From: Schmidtea nova
Taxonomy: Eukaryota
Reading direction: 5' to 3'
NCBI GenBank assembly: GCA_044892505.1
Contig: CM097884.1
Coordinates: forward strand, 62,001-126,000
Length of the DNA stretch: 64,000 nucleotides
Below, piece after piece: positions 12,201-24,200 of this stretch. The position numbers were made by a program, and so were the translations under genes. The notes under the pieces were generated by a model, which ran no database searches, had not been told where the DNA came from, and saw only the letters and a list, made by a program, of their open reading frames with translations. Numbering within the stretch: position 1 is the first letter of the stretch; each line of letters starts with the position of its first letter.

Positions 12201-15200
12201 TATTAAAAATGAATCTAAATTAATTTTATATTATTTACTGGTTTAAATTTGAATCTCAGTGTGCCATGGACCCACAACATATTTTACATGAACGATAGAG
12301 ATTTGAAATTTACAGTAGGAGTTATTTTTACTTTTCAGTTTGAGTTTGTACTTTGTAGTTTGTAGTTTGTCAGTTTCTTTTAATTTGTGTGCTTAAAAAA
12401 TAATATGTTGGTATCAAAACAACTTAAGAAACGGAAATTAGAAGATGAAAAACGAGGCTTCCAAGAGCAATGGACTGAAAAGTTTTGTTTCATCGAACAT
12501 AAAGGTAACATTATATGTTTAATTTGTAAAGCAACAATTGCTGTGCCGAAAGGTTATAACTTAAAAAGACATTTTTAAAGTAAGCATTCTGATTTTAATG
12601 AAAAGTATTCTGTTGCTTTAAGAACACAACAATTTACTTAAATGGTCAAATTATTAGAAGCACAACAAGATATGTTTAAAAAGTGCAATGAATCTGCAGA
12701 GCAAGCAGTTGAAGTAAGTTTTGATATTGCCAATTTAATAGCAAAATCGTCTCGACCGTATACCGATGGTGATTTTGTAAAAAACTGCTTAATCGTAGCA
12801 TCAAAAAAATTATGTTGTACAAAATGCAACTCGAAATTTGAAGCACTAAGTTTAAACCGAATGACATTACAACGACGTATCACCGATATTTCTGCTGATA
12901 TCGTGACTAAATTTTCAAGAATATTCAAAAATTGTATCAATTTTTTGTTAGCTCTTGATGAATCTACCGATGTAACTTCCATTGCTCAATTGTGTATATA
13001 TGCCCGTTGTATAACATCAGATTATGAGATTTTTGAAGAACTTGTCGAACTCTATCCAATGAAAGACCAAACAAGAGGATCGGATTTATTGCAGGCATTA
13101 TTATCTTGCATGCAGAAGCATAATTTGGATTTATCAAAGCTTTCTGGTATAGTGACTGACGGTGCTCCTTCAATGATTGGTTCTAAAATCGGTATGACTA
13201 CTCTTTTATCCGAACATATGAAACAAAAAGGAATACATACTGATTTAATGAAGTATCACTGCATTATACACCAACAAAATTTAATTTGAAAAAATCTGGG
13301 TTTCGACCATGTTATGAAAAAATTTGTTAAAGCTGTAAATTTCATCCGATCACATGGATTAAATCACAGAAAATTTAAGGAACTTCTTAATGAAATTGAA
13401 TGCGAATATGGTGATGTTTTGTACTATAGTGAAGTTCGTTGGTTAAATAGAGGCAAAATTCTGCTACGTTTTCTTAACCTTATTGAAGAAATTAAAATGT
13501 TTTTAAATGAAAAAATTCAGCCAGTGGATTATTTGGAAGATTCAAAATGGATATGTGATCTCGCATTTTTAACAGATATATGCGGCCATTTAAATGATCT
13601 GAACCCAAAACTTCAAGGAAAATGTCAATCAATCACGAAATTACATGGTGACGTGTCAGCTTTTCGAATCAAGTTATCATTGTTCCATTCCCAAATAGCC
13701 AATAATAATACCTGTCACTTTCGAACTGCGATGAAATATTTAAAAAGTACAAAATGAACAGTAATCAATATGTTATTTATATTGAACAACTGCAGCAATC
13801 TTTCAATAAACGATTTGAAGACTTTGACCGGTACAAAATACGGTTCAGCACATTTGCTAATCCTTTCGAAGCATCACATGAAAATTCTGAATCAAAACTC
13901 CAGCTTGAGCTTATTGACATTCAGTCCAACGAAGAATTGAAGTCCAAATTTAAGGAAGGAGACTTAATGAACTTCTACAGATGTCTTCCTACAGAAAACT
14001 TTCCAAATTTACGAGAAAATGCTGCGCTTTGTGGAAGTTTATTCGGAAGTACATACATTTGTGAGCAAAATTTTTCAATAATGAAGTTGAATAAATCAAT
14101 TCAAAGAAACCGACTTACAAATGAAAATCTAAACGCCGTGGTAAAGGTGGCTACTACAAATATTACTCCGGATGTAAAAAAGTTAGCATCTAATATGCAA
14201 CCACAAAAATCACATTAAAATTAAATTGCTTTTGATTAAGTTACTAATATATTTTGAATTATTTTGAATGTGAATTTCGTTGTTTTTGTAATAAAGTATA
14301 TATGTAATAATAATTGTTTCTAGTTTTTGTGATTGTCTAATCAATAATTTTCTAATGCGGCCCACATTCAATTATTAAATTTCTAATGCGGCCCACAGCG
14401 TTAAAAAGGTTGTGCATGACTGATTTATAGGGTAATGATAACATAATCAAACATGCACAATCCAATAAAACATTTATTAATCCTAGTTAATAAATTACTT
14501 CAAAACTCTCAAAATGCATGTATATATTGCATTTTGTATGTTTATTTGTTTATAACCAGATGATGACAGCTGAGCTGTCGAAATACATTATTTTATTTAT
14601 AATAATAATAATCTACTAATAATAATGACTTACCATTTTAAAATCTTTTTCGAAAAGAATTTTAAGAAATTGACTTTTAGTGGTTTGAATTAATTCTGTC
14701 AGATCGGCATTGAAGAAATCTCGGTTTTTTTCAAGGAATCCGTCGATATGATAATGGACGATGCCAGCAAAATGCTCTATTCCAAATATCTAAAACATCA
14801 CGTCTTCTAACGATTTCAGAAAATTCAACGTACTTTAACAATGTCTGCCTTTTGTTTGATGAATTTCGAATGCTTTGAGCAGGTATTGACGAGCTTATTA
14901 AGAAGCGAATGGTCTGTCCCTTTTGGGAATCGGCTCTCTTCGTCGATCAGGGCGAGGATGTTGCAATTTTTCACTCCGATTAAATCTAATGTTTCTTGAT
15001 TGTCTGTAAACGAGATATGCTGCCAGTCTATTAGTTCCGTCGCGTACTCCTCTTGTTCCATCTTGAATATGTGCCGAACAAAAAATTGCTGGAGATTCTC
15101 ATTTGCGTAATTTATGCAAAGCTGCTCATAGCTGTTGTTATCGAAATTCTCAAAGCCAAATATATCAAGTACACCTATCGAGGTGAACTTAGAATTCGAT

Positions 15201-18200
15201 TTCGGATTCAATGCAGACTTGGGAACCTGTGACAAAGCCGGCCGATAAATTGCTGTGTTAATCTTCTCAACAATCCACACAAACAATCTCCCATAAATCC
15301 CCTTGACAAGCGCATCTCGAATATTGATACCTTGCGCTATAGAGACATTGGTAACGACAAAGTCATCTCTCGTGATAATGTTCTTCGTTGTTAATGCCTT
15401 TCTCAAATCTTCACTGTTGACCTTAATTTACCACATGAATAACTTAAGCGTTTCAAGGCGAATTAAAAAACCTGTAATAGTTTACTAGCGAAATTGAATT
15501 CTGAATCCATTGACACTTCACAGGAGTCCATATTTCTTTCAAGTTTCGCTTTGAAATTTATGTTACCAAGGTGCAAGAATGCGGCCAACAATTGGAATAT
15601 TTCCTGGCATTCATTCTCCGTGAACGTCAGCACTTTCATAGCCGAATAGAGGGTGGGGAAATCAACAATATCTGTACACCCTGTGAGATCAATTCGGCCA
15701 CCCTAAATGAGGTTGTGGAATTGAACTGCTACGAATACATTTATCCAGCCATATAAAGCAACAACATAATAATTAAGTCTTACTGTAAGTGTGAATAACA
15801 ACCATGGGAACCTTTTATTACCTGAACTATCCTTTATTCTTTGAACCCTCTCAAATATAGAGAACATCTACTTCTTGATTTGTATGTTAATTTTAAACGG
15901 TTTATATTTTTTTCAAAATCGCACACAACCGAATTCATTACTTCGGATTTTCGTCCTCTTTCATTGCAAATTATTTACCCTCATAAAATAATCCCTAGAA
16001 CATTTCAGAAGGATACATTACAATCCAATAACTAATCTGCACATAATTGTAGACCAGTTTGAATTAATATTTAATAGTACCGTGTTTCTCCGAAATTAAG
16101 CCCTAACACAATTTAAAAAAAAATTATATTGTAGCCCTAACACCGAAATTAAGCCCTAGCAATTTTGTTTTTTGATATATATTAAATAAAATTTCAGATC
16201 GTTATATATTGTTAAAAATTAAAAACATAGTTATATTAATATTAATAACTATTTGATAAAATTGAATAAATTTTTTTAAAAAATTAATCCTTACAAAATG
16301 GCAGGAACTAGAAAAAGCTATTCAGTTGAATATAAAATAAATATTGTAGAAGAATCAATGGAAAAATGTTTAACAACATTTTGTAATGAGAAGAATCTTG
16401 ATTTGAGGATGGTTCGACGATGGAGAGAAGAATATGACAATCTCATTCAACAAAGAGATGCTGGAAATTTAAAAGTCCGACGTGTTGGTGCAGGAAGGAA
16501 ACCGTTATATAATGAATTGGAAGATATGATTTTCAAATGGATTTTACAACAATAAGCCGAAACTTTTGTTTTTCGAAGAGTGAATGTTCAAAAACTTGCA
16601 ATTCAGTTAGCACCACAGTTTAATATCTCTTTAGATATGTTCAAAGCTTCACAACACTGGATTGATGGATTTCTAACCAGATACGAACTGTCTTTAAGAA
16701 GGTCAACGACATTATTTAAGCTGGATGACATGGAAATCATCAAACGAGCATTATCTTTTAAAACATTCATGGATAATTTAAATTTTGCACAATATCAACC
16801 ATCAAATATAATTTCTATGGAGGAAACATAGTTATTTTTTGGTCAGGCTGTACAAACAACAATTGATCGAAAAGGGGCTACGTCGATCAGTATTCCATCA
16901 ACCGGGTATGAAAGAACAAGAGTTACATGTATTCTTGCCATTGATTGAAATGGCAAGAAATTAACTCCTGTGCTGATTACAAAAGGAAAAAGGAAAATGA
17001 TGAATTGTATTTCGGGAATTTACGTCTTAGAAACTGAAAAAGCTTGGTGTACCCAAGATGTTATTAAAAAATGGATAAATTTGATGTTTCCACCAGTTTT
17101 ACGGCACAATCAAAAGAAACTACTGGTGTGGGACTCTGCCAGTACACACCGAGCTAAAACAATGAAAGAGTATCTCTCGAATCAGAATATTGATCAAGTT
17201 ATGATTCCATCCGGCATGTCAGCATATTTACAAAGTTTGGATATTGGCATAAATAAGCCATTTAAGAATTATCTTCGGGAAGAAATTAACATCTATATTG
17301 AAACCAAAAGAGAACGTAATGAGAAAAGTAATTATATCAAACCTAAATTACAGGATGTTGTTGGTTGGGTAAAAGCAGCTTGGAGTAAAATCACGAATGA
17401 ATGCGTTTTCAACTCTTTACGTGCCGGTTATTTGGACAGATCTTTTTCATTCGAGACTTCAGCAATTGCTAAACATGAACGTTTTGGTCCGTTGATTTTA
17501 AGGGAGTTAGAATCGCAAACAAGACCGGCTGATTTTTCAATTTTAAATTATCAAGACAATGTTTTAGAAGAAGATGATATGGTTGTACTAGAATGAAAAC
17601 ATTTAAATTAATTAAATTTTTATTTTGAATATTTGTATAATTTTTAAAAGTTTATTTTTATTCCAAAAAATAGAAAATCTCCCAAAATTAGGCCCTAAGT
17701 GTATTTTTGCCAAAATTTTTTTTAAAAAAATATATTTAAGCCCGGGGCTCTATTTCGGGGAAACACGGTAATTGACATGGATTATATTTTAATAAAAGCT
17801 ATTTTTGTCATATAAATAATTATTAACATCTCTTATTTTCACCTTTGATCTTTTCTTTTCTATTTCAGAAGTAGATTGATTTTTTAAAGATAAGTAAATG
17901 AATCTTTGGTAAAACCTACATAGTTCTTGTCGGTTAATTTCAAGAATGTTCAAATTTTTATTTCTAATTAAAATAAACTAAATTTATTAAAACATTTATT
18001 CATTATTCGGTTAAACTAAACTACTAAATAAATATAAATTCTGCCTTGAACATTTTTCTGATCCACGAATTTGATCACACTTTTACAAAATATATTTATT
18101 TTATAATGGCCGGGGTAATTAAAACATTCTAATTATATCAATAAACAAACATTTTTCATTGTATTTTCGGTAATATGAAGAATGACTGCAAAGAAAAGAA

Positions 18201-21200
18201 GAATAGTGGACGAAAATAGTATCATTATCATTATATTATCTGTTTAAATGTAGGAATAATAGTAAACACAATAATAATAACTCATTATGTTTCAATTTTT
18301 CACTTCCAAAAAATGTTTATAGTGTATCTAAATGTAATATGGGAATATATAAATTTATATAGAGTTCCCACGGAGTTATGATGCATTTCCAAAGTGGTGC
18401 GCAAAATCATTTGGGTTAGGCACCACTGACTTAGATATTGATAAACTTTATTGAAAATATATTAATAAATTGAATAAATAAAATGCCCTCGTTAATTGAA
18501 AAGAACCAAATACACACTTGAAAAAAGCTGTGCAGAAAATTCGTGTACTTTTTAAAAAAAATTTGATCCAGTCTTCGCCTGAGCATAACGCTTGTGCATT
18601 CTGTGAGAGTAGTATGTCAACTGAGCGTTTTATTTGAACACTGTGCGTTTGTGTTTTATTGCGAAAAATTTGTTGCTTCAAAATTTATATATGACATTTA
18701 TAAAAAAACACCGAATTCATGGGTACTTCTTTAAGCTTAATGAGTAAATATTTTTACAGAAAAATTATATTCCATAAATCAATTTACTCCGATTACGATT
18801 CCACACATTAAATAAATTTGAATAATAAAATTTCAAAAGTAGGCTTTGCTATTTCTTCATTGTTTTCGAAATAAATAAATTCTATTTTGAAAATAGCGTA
18901 CAGTTTTATTTGTATCGTTTGTTTGTATTTGTTAAAGATTTAGTTTAATGTGAAAAAGTAAATAGGATTACATTTAAAATTAATATTATATATACAATTA
19001 AAAGCACACGAAGTCTGCAATCGTTTGAAATAATTAGGTGAAGAACACAATTACAGCTTAAAGGATTTCAAACATTCATTATGATGTTGTCAATGATTTA
19101 AAAATTTTTATAACTTAGTGTCTCATCGTTAAACAGGGTTACCATCTGTCCCGCCCTCGGTTGGATTGTCCCACACACCTAAGATATTTCCCGCGTCCCA
19201 CACGCAAACTAATTTTGCCGCACGTCTCTCTAAAACGAGTTTAAAAAATTTCACATAAAACTTTCAGATTCTGAAAGGATTTTTAGCCTTATGACTAATG
19301 CTTGGCGGAAAGAAAGAAATCGTTTATTATTGGAAAATTTAGAAGCGGAATTAATGGTGAAACAAAATTTTGGAATGATTTGCGTACAATTTCAAAAATT
19401 TTTGAAAGAGGATGATTCAATTCTAAAAGACATAAAATCTAAAGATAAATACCATTGATATTTATAAATTAATCTTAATTTTTTTTACTTTTATTGTTTT
19501 TGAATTTTTGATCTCATTTTTAAGTTTATATTTTATGGTTGTATTCCTTTTTTTCTGTTTCGTTATGTTTTGTTAATTTGTTTATTTTTCATTAAGCATA
19601 TATTTTTTTATTATTTAGTTTATAATTTTTTTAAATTTTATTTTTTCATTATTTGTGACTATAATAAATATTATAATAATATATATATACATTGAATATT
19701 TGAAATATTCAAATTATGTGTTTTTTTTCTTTATTTCAATTTCGAGATTTTGTTCCGCATATTTTTGTCCCGCATATTTAAATCTCAAAGATGATATCCC
19801 TGTCGTTAAACCATAACAAAATATTCCTGTAATGTTTGTACTATTGCAAGCAATTTTGTAAAAACAATTCATACTAAAAGTGAAGAAAACCCAATAGAAA
19901 ATGTTGTATCAAGTGCGACGTTGTTTTCAATCTCAACCGAAGTCCACTATAAGCTCGAAAGGACGCTGAGAAATTTTGATGAGAATACTTCACATTAAAC
20001 ATTTTACTACAACATTGGCTATAACTGCAGAAGGAAAATTTAAAAAAACCAAAATATTTTTTATATTAATAGAATTGAATTTCAGAATAAAATTTTCATA
20101 TCTAAAAAGTACCTAGGCGTTTTATTCAAAAAAAAACTTTTCGTTTAGGGTTATGTTCGGGTGAAAACTCAAAAATATAAATATTTGAACTGTACCTAAA
20201 TATTGTGCATTTGTCTATTAAGAAATATATTTTAAGATGCCAGTAAATGTGATAGGCTAAATATTATTATTCACTATTTTCAAAAAAAAATTATGGAAAG
20301 ATTTCTTAAGACGATAACTGTGACGATACTTTTCAAGATTCTGGTGTAAGAAACCAATTTAATTTAATCATATAATCCAACCATGAGTTATCTCGTTGTT
20401 GGCAGGCAACGAGTTATTTGAGTTATAACGACAACTGGCTTTTTTCATCATTTTTTGAAATGGCATAATATAAATCAAACGGGCTCTGGAAACGCGTCAC
20501 ATTAACAATATGTCTCTCCTTCCTCACCCATTCCTAATATGTTTCGAATGCAACGCAACGCAGGCCAAACCTAACAGTCAGCAATTGATCAAAATTACAT
20601 CAATGCACAATCAAGTCATCAGTAGCATCGGCACCGAGATCACACCGGATTGTGTAGCACACACCTACGCAGCAATAAAATGATCAAACCGTCGACGTAT
20701 TGTGTGATAATCATTATTTTATTGAATATTTATGTTATATAAACACACAGCCGAATGAGTGCAAAAATCAATACCTGATTCAAATACGCATACTGATCAC
20801 TTGTACGCAACCCAAACGTTGAACGCGTTTCCAGCGGCAGACCTTCCAACATGCAATAAAACACGTGATAATTGCGCTCGTCACGCATTTGACTAACAAT
20901 GCGAGACTTCTCCAATAAAAACTGGTCAATTTTTGCTCCCTCTATCGCACCATTCAACCCGAAATAAATGTCAATATACTTCCCAAATCGGCTAGAGTTG
21001 TCGTTGCGTATTGTTTTTGCGTTGCCGAACGCTAAAACCAATCAAATGGTTGTAAATCATTTTTCCTGCATATTCAATGGGGTACCTTCGAGAATTGGGT
21101 TAGAATCGAGAACTTGCTGTTCGATCCACGAGTGTTGACCACTTACGGCAGCAAGATATTGTAGGATTAGTTTTGTGCTTTCGGTCTTTCCAGCGCCACT

Positions 21201-24200
21201 TTCTCCACTAATAATGATGGATTGGTCTCGGCTGACTCGACGCATATTATTGTACGCGTTATCGGCAATCGCAAATATGTGAGGAGACAAGTCACCAATT
21301 TTGCAGTTCTTATAATTTTTTATCTCATTAGGAGTATAGATGGGCAGGACGGCATAGGGGTTGACTGCAACGAGAATTCGTCCGGTGTAAGTCTAGAGTG
21401 CATTTCCCATAAATTAATAGATTTCGTTTTACAAACTTACATAGATTTCATTGCGTTTGTAACGAATCAAGAGGTTTCGCAAGATTCCAGCTTCATTCAG
21501 ATCTCCAAGGGATATCATGTCATCAACCCCTTGTAAAGACGATACATGCATGTGCCTTATCTTCGTCCCGGGCTTCAAGATGAATTCCTAAACAGAAACT
21601 TGAATGACGTCATGGATGGAAATTGACCGTTAATAGCACTCAATCCTTATTAGCACATCAGTTTGACATCAGAAGTAATAAAACAATTATAAGGATCAGG
21701 TTTAATTAAACATTTTATCCAACTAACACAATTATTTTTTTGTGATAAAGGATACATTAATTAATTATTTAATATGAATATTATATGTAAATAATAATTG
21801 TTGTTAGATGAGGTTATTAGTTGTCTTATAAATTGTGGATAATTTGTTTTTTATAGTTGACTATAATTTAAAGAGAATGTTTTTGGTGTTTTATTGTGAG
21901 ATGAAATGTGTATAAGGAGAACTGTAGAGCCCAGCGAAGTCTCCTGTAAAACTTGTATCGGGACTGCTGGGATGAATGCTATGTTGGGTACGAGTGTGCT
22001 GGTATGTACTATAACTACAAAGGACAGATAAAAATGAACAAACTTTGAAAATAACTTATATTTATTCAGAGAGATATAAAATATAAACACTACTCTCAGT
22101 GAATTGATAAATAGGAGTTTTATAATCTTCTTATTTACAGTTAGAAAATGTACCTTTATTTTCGGTTCGTAAAATTTTAATCTCCTGAGATTTGATTCGG
22201 TTACTTTCCTTTTATTTCTTTAGATCTTACAGGCAAATTCTTCAATTTCGAAATATTTTATATTTAATTTTTAGTTCGTTTCCTTTTAAAAATTGTCCAG
22301 TCTTTACAATTCTAATTAATTTTTTAAAATTTTTATTTCTTTAGTTTTTTTCTATAGTTATTATATATAATTTTTTTTTTGATTTTTTAAATTTAAATTT
22401 TTAATTATTATAACAAAAAATTGGTAAATCAAATAATAAAAAGGGGTAGTCACCCTGTGTCCGAAAGATGCACACGACAAAAAAATAATAATAGTACGAC
22501 CTTTACATAATAATAACAACAATATTAATACAACCTTCACAATTGTGTATAATAACTACAGCAATAACTATATAGCAATAATTATATAAAAGTAAGTAAG
22601 TGGTGCTTCAAGTACCCGACGAAACTGGGAAAAAATATTCCATAATACAATTTTTGTACAATCTTTTAATATATGTAAGTTTCAATTTTTGTTTGTTTGT
22701 ACTTTTGGTTAGTTACAATATTTCTGCGCTTTTTGAAATTTCGTCATAATCATGATTTCTGAAGTGAAGTATCACAGCATAATAAAATTTTTAATTTTGA
22801 AGAAGAAAACGGGTAGTGAAATCTTTGGTCTGTTGCAGGCGAACTACCAGAAGAATTTCCCCATCGGTGACTACTGTTAAATATTGGGTGAGAGAGCTCA
22901 TAGGAGGACGCACCTCAGCTTTTTATGAAGAAAAAAAAACCGACAAGCTAATATTTTGCCTTCTGTTTTTGAAAAATTACTGAAATTAATTCAATAAAAG
23001 TGTTCGAATTACCACAAGAATGCTGTCAACTCAACTGAATATAAGATTCGTCCCTCGCTTCTTGACTGACCAAATGATGGAGATCTACTAGAGCAGAAGT
23101 GGGCACATATGAGGCAAAAGAGAGCCACAATACTTTTTTTACATTTTATTATGATTCACACGTGAATACACAAATTCACTATTTTTTATTTAATGTAATT
23201 GCTTATTTTCACAAGTCACATATAAAAGCACAAGAACACATTGAAAAAAATTATTTTTAATAATAAAATTAATAATAAAAATTAATAAAAAATTTAATAA
23301 TAATAAATTTAATAATAAAATTCAAATATAATAAAAATTATACATAAAAATATAATAAAAATATATTTATTAATAGAAGTAGTATAATAACATTTAACAC
23401 TAATATTTGGTCAATTTTTTAAAATTTGGCGTAAAAATTAGTAAATCATACACATAAATAAATTTAAATACATGATAAAAAATCTATTTATTTTATTTAA
23501 ATAGTAAAACTACCATACACGATCGCCCATAAGGTTAAGTAGAAAAAATGCAATTAAAATTTGAATGGGAACCGCACTTGACTGTAAGAACAGCAACATG
23601 TGGCTCTCAGAGCCGCATTTGCCCACCGTTGTACAAGAGGAATCTGCGCATGTAGGAGTAACACTATGAGCATTAGGGATGTGATAGTATTGCGGTGCAG
23701 AAATATTAGGGATGCATTAGTAGTAGGGATGTAGTAATATGAGGAAAAAGTCGAGAAATTCAAAATATAAAAAATATAAAACATAACAAAGTCAACAAAT
23801 CTGAACATATAAATCATTTTCTATGTTTATAAATAGGAAATATACAATTTACGCACGATTGGATACGTAACTGTGTATACTGAGTACATATAGTGATCTA
23901 TCTAGCGACAGGATGTCAAGATACAATGCCGCCAAGAGTGAAATATTGATATAATCACATAGGAAAGGGTAGCTACAAAAATTGTGTGCATAAAAGACCA
24001 TTCATGCGAATAATGCGAATAACATGATGTTATATTGGCTAGTGAAATGTTAGGATTCACTCCCATGTATTAATGTTTATGAGTGACACTGACCTGTTAC
24101 AATTTCAAAATTCTGGCTTTTCAAGTTCTACCAAATTTTGCCTAATATAAAATTCTAAACCAACTGTGATGGATAATAAAACAAAGAAAATCAGAGTCAT

